Origin: a virus
Taxonomy: Duplodnaviria > Caudoviricetes
Virus record (IMG/VR): IMGVR_UViG_3300008108_000109
Coordinates: 1,318 to 65,317 of that record
Direction: 5' to 3' (one strand)
Length of the DNA: 64,000 nucleotides
Both the position numbers and the translations under genes were made by a program. How positions within the stretch are numbered: the first letter of the stretch is position 1; each line of letters begins with the position of its first letter. The notes below the pieces were generated by a model. The model made no database searches. It was not told the origin of the DNA and saw nothing but the letters and a program-made list of their open reading frames with translations. This document shows positions 20,701-29,372 of this stretch, piece after piece.

Positions 20701-23700
20701 AAGGAGATATAACCACTGCATCATCTTATAATCAATTCAACTATTGTGAGTTGCCATTAATAAAAAATAACGATAAACTTACAGATATTTTAGACATTAG
20801 GCCAAGAGTTCGTAGATTTAATTCGGATTCAACAAACTACTCTCCATTTGAATTTTCATCTCGTAGTTTTTCTGATGGTACAAACTCTGCAAAAAATATA
20901 TTAGCTTCTGACGAATCAATTATTCTGACATATTCACATTATCTACCAAGAATTGATAAACTATATCTAAAAATAGATGGAGGATTTCAACTAATAAAAG
21001 GTGTTCCATCAGAAACACCACTTCCACCGATTCCATTAGAAGATTGTTTAGAAGTTGCAACTATAAACTTACCGCCATATATTTGTAACACAGAAAACGT
21101 ACAAATTTCATTAAACAGCTATAAGAGATATCGAATGCAAGATATCTCTCTACTAGAGGATAGGATTAAAAATCTGGAGTATTATACTGCATTATCCTTA
21201 TTGGAATCTAAAACTGAATCTCTATTCATTCCAGATGAAAATGGTTTGACCAGATTTAAGAGTGGAATTTATGTTGACAATTTTAGTAATACAAAATCGC
21301 AGTTAAAATTAGGAAAAGTTACTAATAGTATTGACCCAGAAAATCTTGAATTGAGACCTTCTCACTTCACAACATCTGTTGACCTGTTATTGGGATCTAG
21401 ATCTCTCCTTGGAATTGGTACAACAGCAAGTCCAACTGCAGATTCTGCATTTGTAACTGATATTATTGGTTCAAATATTAGAAGGACAGGTCAGTTAATA
21501 ACATTAGATTATGGTGAATATTTGCAATTTGCACAACCATTTGCAACTAGAGTGGAAAATGTAACTCCCTATTTGGTTGTTACTTATAGTGGTAATATTG
21601 TACTATTCCCATCTTCAGATATTTGGGTAGATCAAGTTAGATTACAACCACTTAGAATAAACGTAGATGATTATACTCAAACAAGACTTCAATTGGAATA
21701 TGCTGGGTATGATCAGCAAACTGGTTTAGGTCCAGTTCGTTGGGGGGCATGGCAAGCAACTTGGACTGGATCTAGCACATCATCAACCGCAAATACTGTT
21801 GTAACATCTACAAGCACACAAAACACTGGAAGTGCTTTAGTAACAACAAACCAGTTGCAAACAACTACTGTTACCACAACTACAAGAACTGGAACTGAAA
21901 ATAGAAGCGGTACTCAACTTAGAGTTTCTGAACAAGTGGAAACTACAAACGAAGGAGACCGAGTTGTAAGTACATCAATTATTCCATTCATGAGGTCGAG
22001 AAACGTTGAATTTACTGGTAGAAAATTTAGACCATATTCAAGACTGTATGGATTTTTTGATGGAACGGATATGAATTCGTTCATAATTCCAAAATTAATT
22101 GAAATTAGAATGATTAGTGGATCTTTCGCAGTTGGAGAACTTGTAACTGGAACAATGACTACTGGTTCTACAACCGTAACGACTGGTTCTACACCAAGAA
22201 TATCATTCAGAGTTGCAAAATCAAATCATAAGTATGGACCAATAACAAATCCAACAGATGTATATGCTACAAGTCCATATGATGAAGATTATATAATACC
22301 AGAAAATTATTCTAGCTCTAGTATTATTCTAAATGTAGATACAAGATCGTTAGCAGAAAGTAATCAATCTTTATATTCTGGTTTTATTAGAACTGGAATG
22401 AGATTAAGAAGTGCTTCTGCAGAAGCAGAAGTTATTGATGTCAGATTGTTTAGCGATAACGTTGGAACTGTAATAGGTTCATTCTTTATACCAGATCCAA
22501 ATCTACCCTCAAATCCATCATTTGAGGTTGGAACCAAGGTCTTTAGATTGACAACTCAAATATCAAATAGTCAGGTTGGAGGACTAACTTCAAGTTCTGG
22601 AGAGGAGTCTTACTTTGCATCTGGAACTATCAATAACATGCAAGAGACTATTAGATCTACTAGAAAACCAAGATATGACGTAGTTGCTACTAGTGAATCA
22701 AGACCTGCAGTTGATGTACAATCAACTACTACAGTAACAAACTCCACTACAACTAGTTCGACACCATTACCTCCTCCTCCTCCACCACCACCGCCTCCAT
22801 CAAACCCATCACCAAGACCAGTACCAACTGCTCCTGGTCCAGCACCAGCACCAAGACCAGCACCAGCGCCGCAACCAGCTCCTCAACCAGCGCCGCAGCC
22901 ACGACCTCAACCAGCACCTGCACCCCGTCGAGGCGGAAAAGATCCTTTAGCACAATCATTTACAATTACTGATGATGGTGGTGCATTTATTACTTCAATA
23001 GAAATATTCTTTAGGACAAAGGATCCATTACTACCAGTAACAGTACAATTGCGTCCAATGGAAAAAGGAATTCCTTCAGAACAAATTTATCCATTTGGAG
23101 AAGCAATTGTAGAATCTGCAGATATAATTGAAACTTCTGATGCAACTCAACCAACTAAAGTTACTTTCCCAGCACCAGTATACTTACATCCAAATACTGA
23201 TCATGCAGTAGTCCTTCTTTCAAATTCAAATGAATATACTGTATGGATTTCTAGAATGGGTGAAACTGATATTACTACATTATTACAACCAGAATCTAGA
23301 CAGGTTGTTGTTTCAGCACAACCATATCTTGGATCTCTATTTAAATCACAAAATGGTTCAAACTGGTCACCAAGTCAGTACGAAGATTTGAAATTTAATT
23401 TATATTCTGCTGGATTTTTATCCGAATCTGGATCGGTGTCATTCTATAATCCAGAATTAAACACTGGCAATAGGCAAATAGCAACTTTAGTAAGAGACCC
23501 TCTTGAATTTGATGCTAAAAAAATAATTATTACTACAGACAATATTATTAATACTTCATCGATTGTTGTCGGTAACACTATAATCCAACAAAATAATAAT
23601 GTTCGTGGAGATTATGTTGGTGCGGGTGGATCTGCAAGTGGTTCTTTAACAATTGTAAATTCTGGAATTGGATATACTCCATCTAATGGAACTTCATTTA

Positions 23701-25427
23701 CTTTTAATGATGTACCATTAATTTCATTTAGTGGAAATGGAAAGAATGCAACTGCAGATATCACTATAGGTCAAGCGGGTGGTGTAAATGGAGTTGCTGT
23801 TGCAGCAACTATTAGAAATGGTGGATTTGGGTATCAAGTTGGAGATGTATTAACTGTATCATCTATTGGCAATGATTCTCTTGGCAAAAACCTTCAATTA
23901 TCACTTTCTAGTATTGTTGGAGTAAATCAATTAATACTTGACAATGTTCAAGGTGATTTTGAGATAAACGCATCTAAACCATTACAATATGTAAGTTCAA
24001 CAACTGGTATTACTACAATACTTAATGCTAGTGGATCAAATTCAATTGTAAGTGATTTTGACCAAGCATCTTTATCTGAAGATGGTCTTCATATTAAAGT
24101 TAATCATAAAAATCATGGAATGCACTCAACAACCAATGTTGTTAAAATTAGTGGTGTAAAAGGTGATAGTAAACCAACTACACTAACTGGAGATTATGGA
24201 AACTCTGATTCTGGTCCTATTAGTATTGCAAATACTTCAGGATTTGCAACTTTTGAAAATGTATCGGTTGGAGCAACAAATCCAGGATATGCGCTTCTTG
24301 ATAATGAGATTATTTCATATACTGGCGTTCAAAATGGTCAACTCATAGGAATTACAAGATCGGTAGATGGTTCTGGTGCATATTCATATCCAACTAGGAC
24401 TAGCATTCAAAAATATGAAAATAATGGAATTTCTTTAAGAAGAATTAATAGATTGCACTATTTACAAGATGCTTTGGTTGCAAGACCAATTGAACTTGAT
24501 AGTTATTATATTAGAATCAATACCGCTGAAAACGGTGTTGATAGAAATAGTGGACTTGGATTCCCTAAACTGTATATTAATTCATCGAAGTCAACAGGTG
24601 GAGATGCAGTACAAGCAACACAGAATATTCAATATGAAACTGTTAATCCAATAGTTCAAACAATGGCATTACCAGGAACTTCTATTAAAGCATCTTTAAA
24701 AGGAATTACTGGCACAAGTGTTGATGGTAGCGAAACTTCTTTCTTAGAAACAGAATCTACCCCAATCAATTTGAATGAAAATACATACTTACCAGAACCA
24801 AGAATTATTGCATCTAGAGTTAATGAATTGCAGCAAACAACTAGTCTTCCTGCAAATAAATCTATGGAGATGACACTTACATTATCTACATCTAACTCTA
24901 AAATTTCTCCAGTAATTGATTTAGATCGTGTTGGTATCGTACTGACCACAAATAGAGTTGATAATCCAGTAACTGATTACATTAATGATCCTAGAGTATC
25001 TTCATTAATTGATGATCCAAATTCTTTCATATATGCAAACCAACCAATTGAATTGGAAAATGCAGCCACATCTATAAAAGTTATATTTGCTGGTTACATT
25101 AATACCTATAATGATGTAAGAGTATTTTATGCAATTAGTAATGATCCATCAACTGAGTTTATATATTATCCATTCCCTGGTTATGACAACCTAGATGTAA
25201 ATGGTAACATTATTGACAAAAACCAAAATAGTGGAAGACCTGACAAAAATGTTCCAAAGAGTGATGTTTTATCGGCAGATTCCTCTAAATTGGAATATAA
25301 AGAATATGAATTTAGTATTGATAGTTTACCAGAGTTTAGATACTTTACAATTAAAATTATTGGATCATCTACAAATCAAGCATATCCACCAAGAATCAAA
25401 GATCTGAGAGTTCTTGCTTTAGCATAA
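17781..25427 (+). CDS. large virion structural/baseplate protein (DUF4815/VrlC-like, 2548 aa)
   Basis: NLNVSPYFDDFD..KVLFKPG..QSRELT start, APGADR, RIKNLEYY, DPLAQSF, PRIKDLRVLALA end; follows gp8 as in cyanomyophages. Confidence 0.85.
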   Translation: MPQETNLNVSPYFDDFDPNKGFYKVLFKPGLPIQSRELTSLQSILQNQIEQLGTHLFKEGSVVIPGQINYNNTIFAVEIENDYLGVPISSYAADLVNVYIRGQNSNVKAKIVFSVGPEYSQRGYYTLFVSYVSTGINGKEVFDDNETLTLESNLSSSVINFQSGQGFAITAATNSTSIGSAVFLSEGVYYLRGTFVKVDAQTLILDAHNQFPTYRVGLEIFEDIITSGFDSSLTDNAKGFNNYAAPGADRLKITAVLTKKPLESDKNENFVELLVVRDGNIQHIEDKVKYNELAEELARRTFNESGNFYVKPFTIHARESLNDRKGNNGIFLKGQLTYNNNVPSDDLGTYKISPGKAFIRGFEVDSRTVHYLDFEKTRTTKKLEDQAVNYYTGPTLSLNRVIGAPRIGFSTSSIISLRDSRIGVTSTTESGKEIGIARVYDYALESGSYSSVAGVLNEWDISMYDIQTYTELTLNEAITLTAPTYIEGKSSGASGHLRFNTTTGIVTAYGTKGSFIKGEKLIFNGIDSNRIITNPIEYKISDVKSLYSSVGTGQTFNGDTKVSTVLTVGSVTISPKSGTAPGISTVTNNRIDFRAIVKTGDLVAFTNTLLTNTSVKTYAKVSSIIDRNNITIVGITTVTNINDGGLPTSSIAPTDFEILGTSLRSSTDNTLYTPLPKKFIASVDLTKSNLSIKKEFNVIITANATNTIQAGTDESFLPFDEERYVLINSTGGFEELTEDKFRFSNGGKELRIFGLNVAGSARLIATMKKINVTNKVKSLNKTNSIIVNKSKLSASGIGSTTLDDGLTYGSYGYGLRVQDKEICLLEPDVTKVYAVYEANDTNNPTLPTISLFNLDGPTGKVDDFIIGEEIVGSSSGAAAIYVEKTATSTIGLVYLNDLRFEIGESVRSETSGISGTINDFDPGDENIIDRFNLDSGQRETICDYSRLVRKANSKDPRRKLRIIYESASYSDSTEGDITTASSYNQFNYCELPLIKNNDKLTDILDIRPRVRRFNSDSTNYSPFEFSSRSFSDGTNSAKNILASDESIILTYSHYLPRIDKLYLKIDGGFQLIKGVPSETPLPPIPLEDCLEVATINLPPYICNTENVQISLNSYKRYRMQDISLLEDRIKNLEYYTALSLLESKTESLFIPDENGLTRFKSGIYVDNFSNTKSQLKLGKVTNSIDPENLELRPSHFTTSVDLLLGSRSLLGIGTTASPTADSAFVTDIIGSNIRRTGQLITLDYGEYLQFAQPFATRVENVTPYLVVTYSGNIVLFPSSDIWVDQVRLQPLRINVDDYTQTRLQLEYAGYDQQTGLGPVRWGAWQATWTGSSTSSTANTVVTSTSTQNTGSALVTTNQLQTTTVTTTTRTGTENRSGTQLRVSEQVETTNEGDRVVSTSIIPFMRSRNVEFTGRKFRPYSRLYGFFDGTDMNSFIIPKLIEIRMISGSFAVGELVTGTMTTGSTTVTTGSTPRISFRVAKSNHKYGPITNPTDVYATSPYDEDYIIPENYSSSSIILNVDTRSLAESNQSLYSGFIRTGMRLRSASAEAEVIDVRLFSDNVGTVIGSFFIPDPNLPSNPSFEVGTKVFRLTTQISNSQVGGLTSSSGEESYFASGTINNMQETIRSTRKPRYDVVATSESRPAVDVQSTTTVTNSTTTSSTPLPPPPPPPPPPSNPSPRPVPTAPGPAPAPRPAPAPQPAPQPAPQPRPQPAPAPRRGGKDPLAQSFTITDDGGAFITSIEIFFRTKDPLLPVTVQLRPMEKGIPSEQIYPFGEAIVESADIIETSDATQPTKVTFPAPVYLHPNTDHAVVLLSNSNEYTVWISRMGETDITTLLQPESRQVVVSAQPYLGSLFKSQNGSNWSPSQYEDLKFNLYSAGFLSESGSVSFYNPELNTGNRQIATLVRDPLEFDAKKIIITTDNIINTSSIVVGNTIIQQNNNVRGDYVGAGGSASGSLTIVNSGIGYTPSNGTSFTFNDVPLISFSGNGKNATADITIGQAGGVNGVAVAATIRNGGFGYQVGDVLTVSSIGNDSLGKNLQLSLSSIVGVNQLILDNVQGDFEINASKPLQYVSSTTGITTILNASGSNSIVSDFDQASLSEDGLHIKVNHKNHGMHSTTNVVKISGVKGDSKPTTLTGDYGNSDSGPISIANTSGFATFENVSVGATNPGYALLDNEIISYTGVQNGQLIGITRSVDGSGAYSYPTRTSIQKYENNGISLRRINRLHYLQDALVARPIELDSYYIRINTAENGVDRNSGLGFPKLYINSSKSTGGDAVQATQNIQYETVNPIVQTMALPGTSIKASLKGITGTSVDGSETSFLETESTPINLNENTYLPEPRIIASRVNELQQTTSLPANKSMEMTLTLSTSNSKISPVIDLDRVGIVLTTNRVDNPVTDYINDPRVSSLIDDPNSFIYANQPIELENAATSIKVIFAGYINTYNDVRVFYAISNDPSTEFIYYPFPGYDNLDVNGNIIDKNQNSGRPDKNVPKSDVLSADSSKLEYKEYEFSIDSLPEFRYFTIKIIGSSTNQAYPPRIKDLRVLALA
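22763..22930 (+). repeat. Pro-rich low-complexity tract (poly-P, PAP(Q/R) repeats)
   Basis: PLPPPPPPPPPSNPSPRPVPTAPGPAPAPRPAPAPQPAPQPAPQPRPQPAPAPR; C-rich DNA. Confidence 0.9.
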
Positions 25428-25428
25428 A

Positions 25429-25662
25429 ATGAATAAAGATTACCACATAAAGGTCGATGGTCACTCAAATTTAGTTAGAGATAATCGCAGTAATGCGATT
25501 ATCAACACTGACAAAAAAGCATACGATACTTATAAATCATTAAAAACTTCAAAAATTTTAGATAAAAAGAGAATAGATCAAATTGAATCAGATCTATTCT
25601 CTCTAAAAAATGATATTGGAGAAATTAAAGATTTATTGAAAGAAGTATTAAAGAACCAGTAG
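25429..25662 (+). CDS. hypothetical protein (small, C-terminal coiled coil)
   Basis: KVDGHSNLVRD..AIINTD motif; conserved position before gp13. Confidence 0.85.
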   Translation: MNKDYHIKVDGHSNLVRDNRSNAIINTDKKAYDTYKSLKTSKILDKKRIDQIESDLFSLKNDIGEIKDLLKEVLKNQ

Positions 25663-25671
25663 GTATTAAAA

Positions 25672-26511
25672 ATGGCGCAACCAGCATCCAGACAACAACT
25701 AATAGATTATTGTAAAAGAAAACTTGGTTATCCTGTTCTTGAAATAAACGTTGCTGATGAACAAATTGAAGACCTTGTAGATGATGCCCTGCAGATGTTT
25801 AATGAGCGCCATTTTGATGGTGTCACTCAAACTTATTTGAAGTATCAAGTAACACAAGCAGATATTGACAGGGGAAGAGCAAAACCTGGGGGTGTTGGAG
25901 TTGCTACAACAACAGCAACTACAAATATTGTAGGAACAGCAACTACATTCACATATTTTGAATCTAGCAATTATATTCAAATACCTTCACATATTATAGG
26001 TGTAAATAAAGTACTCACTTTTGAGGGGTCAAATTCAATATCTAGTGGAATGTTTAGTATTAAGTATCAATTATTTTTAAATGACATTTACTACTGGGGA
26101 TCTGTAGAACTTTTAACATATTCTATGGTTAAAAGATATTTGGAAGATATTGATTTTCTTTTAACAACTCAAAAACAAATTAGATTCAATCAAAGACAAG
26201 ATAGACTTTATCTTGATATAGATTGGTCTTCATTATCACCTGGTCAATATTTAGTGATTGATTGCTATCGTCTTCTAGATCCAGCAGAATCACCAAGAAT
26301 TTGGAATGATTCATTTTTAAAACCTTATTTAACAGCTTTAATTAAAAAGCAGTGGGGTCAAAATTTAATTAAATTCCAAGGAGTTAAACTTCCTGGAGGT
26401 GTTGAATTAAATGGAAGACAAATTTATGATGATGGTGAAAAGGAATTAAATGAAATTATTGGTAAGATGTCATCTACTTATGAACTCCCACCACTAGACA
26501 TGATAGGATAA
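25672..26511 (+). CDS. gp13: neck protein gp13
   Basis: LIDYCKRKLGYPVLEINV, KKQWGQNLIKF..LPGGVELNG motifs. Confidence 0.95.
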   Translation: MAQPASRQQLIDYCKRKLGYPVLEINVADEQIEDLVDDALQMFNERHFDGVTQTYLKYQVTQADIDRGRAKPGGVGVATTTATTNIVGTATTFTYFESSNYIQIPSHIIGVNKVLTFEGSNSISSGMFSIKYQLFLNDIYYWGSVELLTYSMVKRYLEDIDFLLTTQKQIRFNQRQDRLYLDIDWSSLSPGQYLVIDCYRLLDPAESPRIWNDSFLKPYLTALIKKQWGQNLIKFQGVKLPGGVELNGRQIYDDGEKELNEIIGKMSSTYELPPLDMIG

Positions 26512-26515
26512 TAAT

Positions 26516-27916
26516 ATGGTATTAAACCCTTTCTTTTTACATGGATCTTCTGGGGAACAAAATTTAATCCAAGATTTAGTAAACGAACATTTAAAAATGT
26601 TTGGTGTTGAAATTTATTATATTCCTAGAATATTTGTAAACGAAAAAACTATAATGGAAGAGGTGACCAGATCTTCTTTTAGGGATGCCATACCAATAGA
26701 AGCATATGTTGACACATATGATGGGTATAGTGGTGCAGGGACATTGCTATCTAAGTTTGGAGTTCAGGAGTTAGATGATTTAACTTTAGTAATATCTCAA
26801 GAGAGATATGAAACTGCGGTTAGACCTTTTATAGAAACAAGAGATAAAACAAAATTAACGAGTAGACCGAAAGAAGGAGATTTAATATATTTTCCCTTAG
26901 GAGATAGATTATTTGAAATTAAATATGTTGAACATGAAAAACCATTTTATCAACTTCAAAAGAATTATGTTTACGAATTAAGATGTGAACTATATGCATA
27001 CAATGATGATGATGTTGATACTGGAATTCTAGAAATAGACGATAATTTAAAAGAAGAGGGTTACATCCAAACCTTCAATATGGTTGGACTTGGATCTACA
27101 GCAACTGCTATTACAAGCCTTAGAGATGGGTCTGTAAGAAGAATCATAGTATCCAGAAGAGGATCTGGATACACATCAATACCAAGAGTTGCAATTACTT
27201 CAGCTCCATCTGGAGGTCAAACTGCAGTTGGTATAGCATCAATGATTAAGGGTATTGTTGATTTTTGTGATACAAGTCCAGATACATCTAGGGTTCAAGC
27301 AGTAAATGTTTCTAACCCTGGATATGGATACACCATCGCACCAAGAGTAACATTTATTGGTGGTGGTGGAAGTGGAGCATATGCTACCGCAAGTATATCA
27401 TCTAGAGCAGTTGGTATTATTACTGTTACTAGCGGTGGTAGTGGATATATTGGAATACCAACAGTAACTTTTGTAAAGTCTGGTATAGGAAGCACAACAA
27501 TTAATGCTGTTGGTAAAGCTGTTGTGTCTACTGCTGGAAGTGTTACCGCTATTATACTTGAAGATGCTGGTGGATACTATGAAGATACTCCACAAATTAT
27601 TATTGCAGGACCTCAACAAACTGTTGGATATGGAACTTATTTGTTTAATGAGGTTGTTATAGGTGCTGCAAGTAGTTCAAGAGGAAAGGTAAAATCTTGG
27701 GATTCTGTCAACCAAGAATTAAAACTTGGAAATATATTAGGTGATTTTATTCAGGGTGAAGCACTGATTGGACAATCTAGTGGAGCTGCTTACGCAATTA
27801 CACTTCTAAATAAACATGATATTCCCGAAGATACATTTGCTCAAAATCAGACAATTCAGATAGAAGCAGATAACATCATAGATTTCAGCGAAACAAATCC
27901 ATTTGGGATTCCCTAA
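26516..27916 (+). CDS. gp14: neck protein gp14
   Basis: EQNLIQDLV, YYIPR, PKEGDLIYFP, FEIKYVEHE, FSETNPFG; central Gly-rich insertion. Confidence 0.95.
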   Translation: MVLNPFFLHGSSGEQNLIQDLVNEHLKMFGVEIYYIPRIFVNEKTIMEEVTRSSFRDAIPIEAYVDTYDGYSGAGTLLSKFGVQELDDLTLVISQERYETAVRPFIETRDKTKLTSRPKEGDLIYFPLGDRLFEIKYVEHEKPFYQLQKNYVYELRCELYAYNDDDVDTGILEIDDNLKEEGYIQTFNMVGLGSTATAITSLRDGSVRRIIVSRRGSGYTSIPRVAITSAPSGGQTAVGIASMIKGIVDFCDTSPDTSRVQAVNVSNPGYGYTIAPRVTFIGGGGSGAYATASISSRAVGIITVTSGGSGYIGIPTVTFVKSGIGSTTINAVGKAVVSTAGSVTAIILEDAGGYYEDTPQIIIAGPQQTVGYGTYLFNEVVIGAASSSRGKVKSWDSVNQELKLGNILGDFIQGEALIGQSSGAAYAITLLNKHDIPEDTFAQNQTIQIEADNIIDFSETNPFGIP

Positions 27917-27932
27917 AGGAGAACTATAAACA

Positions 27933-28916
27933 ATGTTTGATCATTTTTATCACCAAATTTTTAGAAAGACTGTTATAGCTTTTGGGACACTATTTAATAA
28001 TATAACAATTAAAAGAGAAGGAAGTGAACCAGCGGAGATTATTCAGGTTCCTCTTGCTTATGGTCCAACTCAAAAGTTTTTGGCAAGAATTGAACAAGAA
28101 CCAGATTTGAACAAACCAGTTCAAATTAGTTTGCCAAGAATGTCATTTGAGTTTACTGGAATATCATATGACAATTCTAGAAAACTGGCAGCTACACAAG
28201 CATTTACAACTAGTTTAAAATCCGATGGCAAGGAAATACGTAAAATGTATTTCCCAGTTCCATACAATATGGATTTTGAACTGTCCATCATGACACTTTT
28301 GAATGATGATGCGTTACAAATAATTGAACAAATTTTGCCATACTTCCAACCAAATTTTACATTGAGTATTGACCTTGTAGAAACTATCGGTGAAAAGAGA
28401 GATATACCTATAAATTTAGAATCAGTATCTTTTCAAGATAATTATGATGGTGATTATACTTCAAGGCGTGTACTTATCTACACATTAAAATTTGTAGCTA
28501 AAACTTACTTGTTTGGACCAGTTCCAGATTCCTCAAAAGATATTATCAAAAAAGTTTCTATTGGTCTTGCTGGTGGAGAGTACAGTACTACAGCAACAAG
28601 AGGTTTAATTTATAAAGAACCAATAGCAACAAAGAGTTACAGTGGTAATATAGTTACAAACTTAGCAACTGACATTGCAGATAATATTTCTGTTATTGTT
28701 GTTAATGATGCAAGCAATATTCCTGCAAAATCATATATTACTATAGATGATGAAACATTATATGTAAATTCTAAAGAAGATAATACATTATATGTTGATA
28801 GGGGAGCATATAAAACAAATAATGTAGAGCACGTTGGTGGCAGTCCAGTTGCTTTAATTACTACGGCAGATAATGCGTTAATTATAGCTGGTGATGATTT
28901 TGGATTTAATGGATGA
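27933..28916 (+). CDS. gp15: tail sheath stabilizer/terminator gp15
   Basis: IAFGTLFNNI, VPLAYGP, LPRMSFE, QIIEQILPYFQP motifs. Confidence 0.95.
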   Translation: MFDHFYHQIFRKTVIAFGTLFNNITIKREGSEPAEIIQVPLAYGPTQKFLARIEQEPDLNKPVQISLPRMSFEFTGISYDNSRKLAATQAFTTSLKSDGKEIRKMYFPVPYNMDFELSIMTLLNDDALQIIEQILPYFQPNFTLSIDLVETIGEKRDIPINLESVSFQDNYDGDYTSRRVLIYTLKFVAKTYLFGPVPDSSKDIIKKVSIGLAGGEYSTTATRGLIYKEPIATKSYSGNIVTNLATDIADNISVIVVNDASNIPAKSYITIDDETLYVNSKEDNTLYVDRGAYKTNNVEHVGGSPVALITTADNALIIAGDDFGFNG

Positions 28917-28921
28917 TATCT

Positions 28922-29353
28922 ATGAAGGACAAATTTGAAGACTTAAATGATACTTTTGATGTAGAATCAAAGATTATCAAAAAAGAAACAACTCAAATAT
29001 CAAAAGATGTAAAAAGTGATGATTTTGATGTGACTAAAGATTATGAGTATACAAGAGGTAACTTATATTCAATTATAGAAAAGGGTCAAGAAGCATTAGA
29101 TAGTGCTTTAGAACTGGCAATAGATGGTGGTCAACCACGAGCATATGAAGTTGTTGGGCAGTTAATTAAAAACGTAGCAGACGCAACAGATAAACTCTTG
29201 GATTTACAAAAGAAGTTAAAAGATTTAGATGATAATAATTCTAAAAGAGGAAATACTACAAACGTTACCAATAATTCTGTATTTTTTGGATCGACAGATG
29301 AATTGTCTAAATTTTTAAAAAAACAAAAGGGAAATCTTGAGGGAGATAAATAG
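28922..29353 (+). CDS. gp16: terminase small subunit gp16
   Basis: DYEYTRGNL, PRAYEVVGQLIK, VFFGSTDEL motifs; start at 28922 or 28913. Confidence 0.92.
   Translation: MKDKFEDLNDTFDVESKIIKKETTQISKDVKSDDFDVTKDYEYTRGNLYSIIEKGQEALDSALELAIDGGQPRAYEVVGQLIKNVADATDKLLDLQKKLKDLDDNNSKRGNTTNVTNNSVFFGSTDELSKFLKKQKGNLEGDK
29346..29352 (+). promoter_or_regulatory. late promoter ATAAATA
   Basis: Overlaps gp16 stop, 20 nt before ATG 29373. Confidence 0.7.
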
Positions 29354-29372
29354 AAAAAAGTGTTTTCTAATA

